Part shown: positions 7,107 through 15,313 of the stretch, in pieces
Layout of the letters: the number at the start of each line of letters is the position of its first letter
How positions within the stretch are numbered: position 1 is the first letter of the stretch
Assembly: GCA_030640805.1 (NCBI GenBank)
Contig: DAOWIS010000004.1
Location: 1-48,641, forward strand
DNA length: 48,641 bases
DNA from: a bacterium
Lineage (GTDB): Bacteria; Patescibacteriota; Minisyncoccia; Minisyncoccales; DAOWIS01
Direction: 5' to 3'
Program-made: the position numbers and the translations under genes
Notes under the pieces: generated by a model
Database searches by the model: none
What the model was told of the DNA's origin: nothing
Seen by the model: only the letters and a program-made list of their open reading frames with translations

Positions 7107-7252
7107 ATTACAATAAACCGAACGAACTATAGTTGACATTATTTTTTTGTGTTAAAATAAAGTAGGAAGAAAATATCTCTCTTCTATATTATCGGTTCAC
7201 TCGGTTAAAATGTAAAAAATTTTACATTTTCCCTTCGCTGCCGATAATAAAA

Positions 7253-9181
7253 ATGATGGCTCTAATAAAAATAAAAAATAAAATAAAAAATATTTTAGTG
7301 CTTTTTAGACCTTTAAGACATTCCGAAAAAGGATTTGTTCCAGTTGCTATCATAGCTGTTATTGGTTTAATATCAACATGTGTTAGTAGCACTCTTTCTT
7401 TTTCCTTAATCGATGACGCAGTAAAAATAGGTCTTGGCGTATTTGCTTCAATTTTTTTATTAATTTTGGCTATTTTCCAAGTAATAACCGCTTTATTCCC
7501 GGTTATAACTGGGGCTGCTTTAAGCACAGTAATAACCAGCGAAGTTCCCTTAACCTCGGGAGGAATAGTAGATGCTGGAGTAGAACTAACTAGAAATTTT
7601 GCTAATCTTTTCTTTATTGTTTTTTTGGTGGCAATTGCTATTGCCACTATTTTAAGATTAGAGCGATATGGAATGAAAAAAGCCCTGCCAATGTTAATTT
7701 TAGCCGCTCTTTTAATAAATTTCAGTTCAGTAATTTGCGGAGTGGTTCTGGACGCTGCTCAAGTTGTAATGAATTTCTTTATAATTGACGCTTGGGACAA
7801 CACCAATATTGGACTATCCTTGTTAGAGATGAATGTTATGGAAGCTATACATTTTGATAACATCAATGATATATTTGAAAATTTTACAACATTAACTTTA
7901 CATCAATTTATCGGAAGGGCAGTTAGTATAGTATTCCGAGGAATAATAGCAATATGCTTTAATGTTATAGTTTTTCTAATTTTAGGAGTATATACTATTG
8001 TTTTCCTTTTACGAATAGTTATTATCTGGATTTTAGTAATTTTAGCTCCTTTGGCTTGGTTGGGATTGGCTTTCCCGGCTATCAGAAGTTGGTGGAGCAC
8101 TTGGTGGAAGCATTTTTTCCAATGGTCAATTATTGGAATTGTTTTGCTCTTCTTTTTATGGCTTTCTCTTAATCTTTTAGTCTTAAGGCCAGGGGATATC
8201 TTTGAAAGCTGTGCAGGCATAGGAGGAGAATCATGTCCTCTTGTTCCAGAGGATTTTTTCAGCGGGGAACGGACTGAAGATGACTGGGAGGAATTCGGCA
8301 GGATGCTCATTTGCAGCATTCTCCCTTTTATAACTATAATAGCTCTTTTAATAATTGGTCTTTTGACAGCAGGCAAGTCTGGCGATGTTGGAGCTGGCCA
8401 TGCCCTAAAAGCAACAAAATGGACCGGCCGAAAAATTGGAGGGGCAGCTGGAGGAGTAGCGAAAGAAAAAGCAGCTGGTTGGGCAATGAAAAAAGGAAGT
8501 TTGGCCCAAAAAATAATAAGGGGAATAGAAACCACTCCACTGGTAGGAAAATGGGTTGGAGGACCAGGGGCTATTAGCGCTCGTCTCAGGCCCCCAGAGG
8601 CAGAAGAGAAAAAAATGATGCGTCAACTGAAACCACGAACAACAGCAGATTTACGCACTAGGTTAAAACAAATTGAAAAATTCCCCAGAGGAAGGAAGAA
8701 CCTTGTAGAAATGTCTACTATCTTGAAAGAAATAGCCGGAAGAAAAGAATTTGAAGATCAAGATACCTTACATTTACCACTTCTTGGATCAAGAGGATTT
8801 AGCACTAAAGATTTTTATAAGGCAAGACCAGATTTGGCTGGAGCGGAAAAATTAACAAAAGAGAAAATTCAAAAAAGAATAGACAAAAAAGAAATTATAG
8901 GAGAATCTGACGACATTTCAGCTGTTATACAAAAAATGTCTCCGGAAGTGTTCCAAAAGAATGCTCAATCTGAAGCTTTAAAAAAATGGGAAACATTTAT
9001 TAGAATGGATATCCCGAAACTTAAACGAATGGGCGGCCAAGGAGATGCTGAACAAATCAAGGCAATAGTAGAGGCCGGTAAAGAAGCTCATAGACGTTTC
9101 TCTACTCTTACTGCAGATCAACAAAAGACAGTAAAAAGCTTGCTTGATGAAATGTCAAAACATCCAGAAACCTGGGCTTAA
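7253..9181 (+). CDS. Polytopic membrane protein, TrbL/VirB6-like, with a long charged C-terminal tail
   Basis: About 8 or more hydrophobic segments fill the first ~380 aa, followed by a K/E/R-rich soluble tail of about 260 aa. It is the first gene of a cluster that contains VirB3-, VirB4- and VirB2-like genes. Confidence 0.55.
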   Translation: MMALIKIKNKIKNILVLFRPLRHSEKGFVPVAIIAVIGLISTCVSSTLSFSLIDDAVKIGLGVFASIFLLILAIFQVITALFPVITGAALSTVITSEVPLTSGGIVDAGVELTRNFANLFFIVFLVAIAIATILRLERYGMKKALPMLILAALLINFSSVICGVVLDAAQVVMNFFIIDAWDNTNIGLSLLEMNVMEAIHFDNINDIFENFTTLTLHQFIGRAVSIVFRGIIAICFNVIVFLILGVYTIVFLLRIVIIWILVILAPLAWLGLAFPAIRSWWSTWWKHFFQWSIIGIVLLFFLWLSLNLLVLRPGDIFESCAGIGGESCPLVPEDFFSGERTEDDWEEFGRMLICSILPFITIIALLIIGLLTAGKSGDVGAGHALKATKWTGRKIGGAAGGVAKEKAAGWAMKKGSLAQKIIRGIETTPLVGKWVGGPGAISARLRPPEAEEKKMMRQLKPRTTADLRTRLKQIEKFPRGRKNLVEMSTILKEIAGRKEFEDQDTLHLPLLGSRGFSTKDFYKARPDLAGAEKLTKEKIQKRIDKKEIIGESDDISAVIQKMSPEVFQKNAQSEALKKWETFIRMDIPKLKRMGGQGDAEQIKAIVEAGKEAHRRFSTLTADQQKTVKSLLDEMSKHPETWA

Positions 9182-9193
9182 AATATTTACAAA

Positions 9194-9718
9194 GTGAAAT
9201 CTATGATGAGTCAAAATTCAAAATTTGAAACTGGGGATTTGATAGATTATCTTCTAAAGAAATATGGGTTAGAAAAAAAGCAAAAAGATTTTATAGAAAG
9301 AAATTTAAAAAAGGGCAGACCAGAGGCGATAGAAAATATCTTTAAAAATGCTCCGGGAAGAAAAATTGCCAATATTGTTATTGAAACCCATAAAAGCAAC
9401 TTAAAAGAAAAGAATATAATCCCTCTAATAGAAAGGGACTTAGATTTCGGTTCAAAAACCGCTAAGAGAATGGCTGAAGATATTATAAAAGGAGTTGAAG
9501 AAAAAAAATTAGAAAAAGATGTGGGTAAAATATATGAGAGATGGAAAGAAAAACTTCAGGAAGAAAAAATTGAAGAAAAACCCAAGGATATAAAGAAAGA
9601 ACCATCTCCTCCAGCGCCAGTAAAAGAAAGCAAAGATGTCTATCGCGAGCCAGTTGAACCTCCAGAAAAACCAGAACCACGACTAAACGGAAACATTGTC
9701 AATCTAAAGGGAAAATAA
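9194..9718 (+). CDS. Hypothetical K/E-rich protein with a Pro-rich C-terminus (GTG at 9194; first ATG at 9203)
   Basis: It is a long ORF in the cluster orientation. No recognisable motif was found. Confidence 0.5.
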   Translation: MKSMMSQNSKFETGDLIDYLLKKYGLEKKQKDFIERNLKKGRPEAIENIFKNAPGRKIANIVIETHKSNLKEKNIIPLIERDLDFGSKTAKRMAEDIIKGVEEKKLEKDVGKIYERWKEKLQEEKIEEKPKDIKKEPSPPAPVKESKDVYREPVEPPEKPEPRLNGNIVNLKGK

Positions 9719-9819
9719 ATAATCTAACCCAAAGAAGAAATTTTAATCATTTTTAAATTTTGAGTTTTAATTTTTCATTTTGAATTTTTAATTTGACCAA
9801 GACCGAAGGTCGAGGAAAC

Positions 9820-10122
9820 ATGCAATATCCAGTTCCTCAATTTATTGAAGTAGAAAGTAAAATTGTTGGGCCTCTTTCTTTAAAACAATTCCTTTACTTG
9901 GTAGGAGGACTGGCAATTTGTGTTATTCTGAATCTTTTCTTAAAATTGGGGGTGGTGATAATTTTAGGAATATTTATTATGGGGTTTGTCGGAGCTCTGG
10001 CTTTCTTGAAAATAAATGGTCAGCCCTTTTCTAAAATTCTAAAATCAATGATTCAATTTAGTTTTGGACCAAGAATCTATGTCTGGAAAAAAGAACGCAA
10101 AAGAAACACAAATTTAAAATAA
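9820..10122 (+). CDS. PrgI-family (VirB3-like) small membrane protein
   Basis: A GAGGA RBS lies 4 nt before the ATG at 9820. The N-terminus is MQYPVPQFIEVESKIVGPLSLKQFLYLVGG, followed by two hydrophobic helices, the pattern I recall for PrgI/VirB3-like proteins of Gram-positive-type T4SS. Confidence 0.6.
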   Translation: MQYPVPQFIEVESKIVGPLSLKQFLYLVGGLAICVILNLFLKLGVVIILGIFIMGFVGALAFLKINGQPFSKILKSMIQFSFGPRIYVWKKERKRNTNLK

Positions 10123-10144
10123 ATTTGTGTTAAATTTGTGATTT

Positions 10145-10780
10145 ATGGCGCAACAAGCAAGTAGTCAACAATTCATAGAGATAGAAGACATCAGGGATGG
10201 AGTAATAATTTTAAAAAATAAAGGATTTAGAGCAATCCTTAGGGTTTCTAGTATTAATTTTGCTCTAAAATCTGGGGAAGAGCAAAATGCTATTATTTTT
10301 CAGTTTCAAAACTTTTTAAATTCTTTAGATTTTTCTATTCAAATAATGGTTCAATCCCGATTTCTGGATATTGCTGACTACCTTAAAAAAATAAAAAGTT
10401 TGGAACAAGAACAGGAAAATGAACTATTAAGAATTCAGAGCGTGGAATATAGAGAATTTGTTCAGAGTTTAGTAGAAACTACAAATATTATGAGGAAGGA
10501 TTTCTATGTAGTAATTCCTTTTACAGTTTTTGAGGCAAAAAGAAAAGGATTTATGGAAACCCTCAAAGCAACTTTTAAGCCTCCGAAAGTAGCAGAAATA
10601 AAAGAAGAAGATTTTGCTAGATATAAAGGTCAACTTTGGCAGAGAGTAAACTATATAACTGAGGGACTGGCCCGGATGGGAATTTATGGTGTTCCCTTAA
10701 ATTCTAAAGAATTAATTCAACTTTTCTGGAGTATTTATAATCCCGGAGAAGCTAAAAAAAGAAAAGCTCCAACAGTATAA
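10145..10780 (+). CDS. Hypothetical soluble protein resembling the N-terminal domain of Gram-positive-type VirB4 ATPases
   Basis: FIEIEDIRDGVIILKNKGFRAILRVSSINFALKSGEEQNAIIFQFQNFLNSLDFSIQIMVQS matches the remembered N-terminal pattern (I..I.dG.i....g.y.kil.v..iNf.l.s.eE). It lacks a P-loop. Confidence 0.45.
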   Translation: MAQQASSQQFIEIEDIRDGVIILKNKGFRAILRVSSINFALKSGEEQNAIIFQFQNFLNSLDFSIQIMVQSRFLDIADYLKKIKSLEQEQENELLRIQSVEYREFVQSLVETTNIMRKDFYVVIPFTVFEAKRKGFMETLKATFKPPKVAEIKEEDFARYKGQLWQRVNYITEGLARMGIYGVPLNSKELIQLFWSIYNPGEAKKRKAPTV

Positions 10781-10886
10781 ATGCCAAATGAAAAATGACA
10801 AATGCCAAATTACAGTTCAAATTTTTTAATTTTTAATTTTACATTTTAACTTTTCATTTTGAATTTTGAATTTGAGCGAAGCAAAC

Positions 10887-12686
10887 ATGGCTTTATTTCC
10901 ATTAAAACCAAAAGTAAAAAACGACAAAAAAACCAAAAAAAAGAAAGAGTTAACAATTCCGGATATCATTGCTCCGGCTGGACTTGAGATAGAGCAAAAC
11001 TATTTAAAATTGGAGAATAAATTTATTCGAACTTATTTTATTATTTCCTACCCAGAGAGTTTAAATACTGGCTGGCTGTCGCCTATAATAAATATAGATC
11101 AAATGACAGATGTCTCTATTTTTATTCATCCAGTAAACACAGGATTGGTTTTAAGAAAATTAAGGAAAAAATTAGCTGAGGTTCAAGCCCAAATTATGGA
11201 AAAAGAGGAAAAAGGACTTGTCCGTGACCCCCTGTTGGAAGCCGCTTACAGGAACATTGAAGATTTAAGAGATAAACTTACTCAAGCCCGAGAGAAAATC
11301 TTTAATTTTGGACTATACATCACTATTTACGGAGAAAGATTAGAAGAATTAGATAAAATTGAATCAAGGATTAGGTCTATTTTAGAAACCGAAATGATTT
11401 ATATGAAGCCAGCCCTGTTTAGGCAAAAAGAAGGACTTAATTCATCTCTGCCTTTCTTGTTAGACCAGTTAGACATAAGCTCTCCTATGAATTCCTCGCC
11501 TCTTTCTACTTCTTTTCCTTTTGTTTCTTTTGATCTTACCTCAAATGAGGGAATTTTATATGGCCTCAATCGCCATAATAATTCTTTAGTTCTTTTTGAC
11601 CGATTTAGTTTAGAAAACGCTAACACAGTTATCTTTGGTAAATCAGGTTCGGGTAAAAGCTACAGCGTTAAGTTAGAAGTGCTCCGTTCCTTGATGCTTG
11701 GAATAGATGTCATCATAATAGACCCGGAAAATGAATATCAATATTTAGCTGAAACCTGCGGCGGTTCTTTCTTTAAAATTTCTTTAACTTCAAAACATCA
11801 CATCAACCCTTTTGATTTGCCGTTAGTAGGAGAGGATGAAACCCCGGAAGATATTTTAAGGTCAAATATTATTAATTTAATAGGACTGCTCCGAATAATG
11901 CTTGGGGGATTATCTCCAGAAGAAGACGCCATTATTGATAAGGCCGTTACTGAAACCTATGCTTCAAGAGATATTACTCCAGAATCGGACTTCTCAAAAA
12001 TTACTCCTCCTTTAATGAAAGACTTAGGAACTATTTTGGAGCACACCGAGGGAGGAGAATCTTTGTCTACTCGGCTTAAAAAATATACCGAAGGAACTTA
12101 CGCTGGTTTTTTGAATAATTACACTAATGTAGATATGGGAGCGAAATTAGTGGTTTTTAATATTAGAGATATGGAAAAAGAACTAAGACCGATCGCTATG
12201 TACATTATTTTGCACTATATCTGGAACACCATTAAATCAGAACTTAAAAAAAGAATTCTCATTGTTGATGAGGCTTGGTGGTTAATGCAACACGATGATG
12301 GCGCCTCTTTTCTCTATGGTTTAGCCAAAAGAGCCAGGAAATATTATTTAGGACTTACCACTATTACCCAAGATGTTAATGATTTTATGAAGTCCACTTA
12401 TGGTCAACCCATTATTAGTAATTCTTCTTTGCAGCTTCTTTTGAAACAGTCACCAGCTACTATAGATATAGTGAAGCAAACCTTTAACTTAACCGACCAA
12501 GAAAAATATCTTTTATTGGAATCTGATGTAGGAGACGGACTATTTTTTGCCGGCTTAAAACATGTGGCTATTAAAGTGGTGGCTTCTTATACTGAAGACC
12601 AAGTTATTACTTCTGACCCGGAACAATTACTGGCTATAAAAAAAGCTAAAGAAGAGTTAGCCAAAGAAGAATTAACCAAAGAGTAA
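10887..12686 (+). CDS. virB4: VirB4/TraC-family type IV secretion ATPase (ATG at 10887; the ORF track starts at TTG 10866)
   Basis: Walker A is FGKSGSGKSY and Walker B is RILIVDEAWWLM. TITQD and a C-terminal sensor region are present. The N-terminal domain reads IIAP.GLEIE...L.....R.YFI..YP. Confidence 0.85.
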   Translation: MALFPLKPKVKNDKKTKKKKELTIPDIIAPAGLEIEQNYLKLENKFIRTYFIISYPESLNTGWLSPIINIDQMTDVSIFIHPVNTGLVLRKLRKKLAEVQAQIMEKEEKGLVRDPLLEAAYRNIEDLRDKLTQAREKIFNFGLYITIYGERLEELDKIESRIRSILETEMIYMKPALFRQKEGLNSSLPFLLDQLDISSPMNSSPLSTSFPFVSFDLTSNEGILYGLNRHNNSLVLFDRFSLENANTVIFGKSGSGKSYSVKLEVLRSLMLGIDVIIIDPENEYQYLAETCGGSFFKISLTSKHHINPFDLPLVGEDETPEDILRSNIINLIGLLRIMLGGLSPEEDAIIDKAVTETYASRDITPESDFSKITPPLMKDLGTILEHTEGGESLSTRLKKYTEGTYAGFLNNYTNVDMGAKLVVFNIRDMEKELRPIAMYIILHYIWNTIKSELKKRILIVDEAWWLMQHDDGASFLYGLAKRARKYYLGLTTITQDVNDFMKSTYGQPIISNSSLQLLLKQSPATIDIVKQTFNLTDQEKYLLLESDVGDGLFFAGLKHVAIKVVASYTEDQVITSDPEQLLAIKKAKEELAKEELTKE

Positions 12687-12687
12687 T

Positions 12688-13170
12688 ATGAACGGTCAAG
12701 CCAGCGAAAATGTTTTAACCGAAAAAGAAATTGGAGTCCAGATAGAAGAAGCTGGCAGAAAAGCTGGGGTAGGTTTTCTTGATATCGATTTCCTCTTAAT
12801 TCTATTCTTTGCCATTTTTATAGATATTATTGATTTGCTCCTTGCTTTATTTGTATTTTTAGATCTCTTTACTATTTCTTGGGCTATTTCTGCTGCCATT
12901 GATGTAGTTATTTTTGCAATTATCGGCGGCTGGATATATTGGCGGACAGGAAAAATTGCTAAAAGTAAAAGAAAAAAAATAGAATCTTTGAAAAAAACTA
13001 TTGCCAAAAGGGGTGCTCAGTTGGAAAAACAATTAGCCAAAGGAATAAAAAGTCCTTTTAGAAGAATGTTAGCCCGGGCCGGACTTGGTTTCCTGGGAGA
13101 AATCGCCTGGCTTGTAGGAATTATCCCTTTTTGGACTATCACTGTTTTATTAACTTTAAAAGAAAAATGA
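12688..13170 (+). CDS. Hypothetical membrane protein (about 4 TM segments), cluster-associated
   Basis: It starts 2 nt after the virB4 stop. Its TGA stop overlaps the next gene's ATG (ATGA). Confidence 0.6.
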   Translation: MNGQASENVLTEKEIGVQIEEAGRKAGVGFLDIDFLLILFFAIFIDIIDLLLALFVFLDLFTISWAISAAIDVVIFAIIGGWIYWRTGKIAKSKRKKIESLKKTIAKRGAQLEKQLAKGIKSPFRRMLARAGLGFLGEIAWLVGIIPFWTITVLLTLKEK

Positions 13171-13568
13171 AATTAACGCTTAAAAAAATATATTTCTCTT
13201 GGATATTTTTTTGTTTAATTTTGGCTTTGGCAAATTTTATTTGTGCCTTAGGAATACAGGAGGCTTTAGCTTGGGAAGTAAATTATCCTCAATTTTTTGG
13301 TGTTTCGCCAGAAGGAGGAGGGTTAGTTAATTACATAAATTACATTTTCAATGCCGCCTTAGGCATAGGAGGAATTTTGGCTTTTATAATGATAGTTGTG
13401 GGAGGAGTCAAATTGATGGTTTCCGGTGGCAATCCGTCTAAAATCAGCGATGCTAAAGACCAAATTACCTCAGCTATAATTGGACTTTTGCTTTTACTCG
13501 GGTCTTGGCTAATTCTAAATACTATCAATCCTCAATTAACTGTTTTAACTCTACCTGAATTGCCTTAA
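13167..13568 (+). CDS. TrbC/VirB2-like T4SS pilin (133 aa from the ATG at 13167)
   Basis: A signal peptide ending ALA|WEV is followed by two hydrophobic helices separated by GGNPSKISDAKDQI. This is the hairpin layout of VirB2-type pilins. The start overlaps the previous stop. Confidence 0.6.
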   Translation: MKLTLKKIYFSWIFFCLILALANFICALGIQEALAWEVNYPQFFGVSPEGGGLVNYINYIFNAALGIGGILAFIMIVVGGVKLMVSGGNPSKISDAKDQITSAIIGLLLLLGSWLILNTINPQLTVLTLPELP

Positions 13569-13580
13569 CCGTTAAAATTA

Positions 13581-13611
13581 AAATCTATTGATTTCGGAAA
13601 TCAATAGATTT
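13581..13611 (+). promoter_or_regulatory. 31-nt near-perfect palindrome (15+1+15) between the pilin and pilin-fusion genes; possible attenuator or operator
   Basis: The sequence is aaatctattgatttc-g-gaaatcaatagattt, with the same core as 7070-7092. It lies 12 nt after the pilin stop and 5 nt before the next ATG. Confidence 0.5.
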
Positions 13612-13616
13612 ATTAA

Positions 13617-15290
13617 ATGAAAAAAGTTAAAAAAATTTCTGTTTTAATTTTTTTCCTAATCTTGGGTTTGGGAATTTTTGTTTTTATTTCAGCATTTACC
13701 CCCACACCGAATTTGGTGTGGGGGAAAGAAGTGGATTATCCAGCAATTCCTGGTGCTGAATCTATCACTGAGGGAACCACTCTCCCTCAATATATTAACT
13801 ATATTTTCAATGCTGCTCTCTGGATCGGAGGAATTTTGTGTTTAGCAATGATTATCTGGGGAGGATTTGTCATAATGACAGCTGGCGGAAGTATTGCCAA
13901 AGCAAAAGATGGTAGAGAAAGAATTATTTATGCTATAGGAGGATTATTTCTTCTTTTGGCTTCTTATTTGATTTTATATACTATCAATCCTGAACTAACT
14001 GTTTTAAAACTTCCAGAAATAGCAGAAATTTCTCTTCCTGAATATAATGACGGTGAAATTCCCCAACCTACTGAACCTCAATATGAAATAGAAAAGTTAT
14101 TTTTTGGCGGTTATCTTAGGGAAGCTATGGAATTAGAAAGAGAATCGGCTGAGAAAATGAGACAAATGGTTTGTCTTTCAGTGGGAGATAGGTTTAAGGA
14201 TGAATGTAAAAGGGGGGCCGTCCGTAAGATTTTTGGTTTTGATAAATGCAGATGTGAATATTGCATTCCTTGTATAGCCCAAATATATGTTGAAATAGGA
14301 TGTATTCCTTGTTTCCCTTGTTTTTGCACTGGGAAAGGTCCGGAAGAACTCTGTCCTAAAAATATTTATAAAACTGGTAAAAACACTTTAGATTTAGCCG
14401 AGCGAATAACAAAAAACGCTAATGATTTAGAAAATGCCTTGGAAGGAGAAGGTAAAGATTGCATTAGAGATCCCTCCTGTTTTATTTATGATTATGTTAT
14501 GTCCTGTTGCCCTGACCCACCATTAAGAGCGGCTTGCCCTTCAGGAGGATGTGATTTAGAAAAAGCATCTACTCATTTTATTATCTGCCCAAAAGGAGAA
14601 GATTGTAAATTATTAATATTAGAAAAAGAGGATCAAGATCTAATTAAAGAAGCTATAGAAGCCCAGAGAGAAACAGCAGAAATTATAAGAGAAATGATTG
14701 AAAAAATTAGAGATTGTAGCTGTAAGGGGTATGGAAGTAATGAAGGGTGTAAGTATGAACTCGGAGATGGTTTTTCACCAATCCCTGGTTGTGGCAGCTG
14801 TGGGGGATGTGAATGCAAATGGGGATATGCAGCTGTTGCAGAGCTTAATGAGCTTAGGGATACCAATTGGGAAGATCTACGTGATAGAGCAGTTGGCCAA
14901 ATAAAAGACCAGTTAGGTAATTTACTCATTCAAAGCCTCATCGGGACAATTGACCCCACTGGCTATCTTGCCAATAAACTTAAGGAAGCACTTGATGATC
15001 TATTTAATCTTGGTAGCAAGGGGTTTGATCTTGACCTTCCCTGCAATCCCAAAATTATTCCCCTAATGTATGATCTTGAAGAATTAGCTGATCTGATGGA
15101 AGAAAACGCTGATGAATTAGAACATGGTGTATCTCGGGAAAAACTTATCAAATGCGCTGAAGACGAATTAAAGGGTAAGGCCACCCTTAATTACTGCCCC
15201 TTTGAAGATGGATTAGGTTGTCCAGAGGCCTGTAAGAATGACCCTCGTGATTGTGAATTAACTGATTTCGTCTGTATCAGAAAAAAATAA
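13617..15290 (+). CDS. Pilin-like N-terminal domain fused to a ~420-aa Cys-rich extracellular domain
   Basis: Residues ~35-135 are clearly paralogous to the 13167 pilin (YINYIFNAAL.IGGIL...MI..GG, TINP.LTVL.LPE). I count 33 Cys after residue ~185, including CxC, CC, CxxC and CGSCGGCEC runs. Confidence 0.7.
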   Translation: MKKVKKISVLIFFLILGLGIFVFISAFTPTPNLVWGKEVDYPAIPGAESITEGTTLPQYINYIFNAALWIGGILCLAMIIWGGFVIMTAGGSIAKAKDGRERIIYAIGGLFLLLASYLILYTINPELTVLKLPEIAEISLPEYNDGEIPQPTEPQYEIEKLFFGGYLREAMELERESAEKMRQMVCLSVGDRFKDECKRGAVRKIFGFDKCRCEYCIPCIAQIYVEIGCIPCFPCFCTGKGPEELCPKNIYKTGKNTLDLAERITKNANDLENALEGEGKDCIRDPSCFIYDYVMSCCPDPPLRAACPSGGCDLEKASTHFIICPKGEDCKLLILEKEDQDLIKEAIEAQRETAEIIREMIEKIRDCSCKGYGSNEGCKYELGDGFSPIPGCGSCGGCECKWGYAAVAELNELRDTNWEDLRDRAVGQIKDQLGNLLIQSLIGTIDPTGYLANKLKEALDDLFNLGSKGFDLDLPCNPKIIPLMYDLEELADLMEENADELEHGVSREKLIKCAEDELKGKATLNYCPFEDGLGCPEACKNDPRDCELTDFVCIRKK

Positions 15291-15313
15291 AAAGTTTTCT
15301 TCAAAATTAATGT

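Noticed and set aside
7222-8626. Minus-strand and alternative-frame ORFs (7222..7647, 7903..8535, 8311..8577, 8334..8540, 8405..8626) overlapping the VirB6-like gene
   Set aside because: They are antisense or off-frame readings of a long membrane-protein gene. Their products are low-complexity with no start signals, and the region is fully explained by the plus-strand 642-aa ORF.
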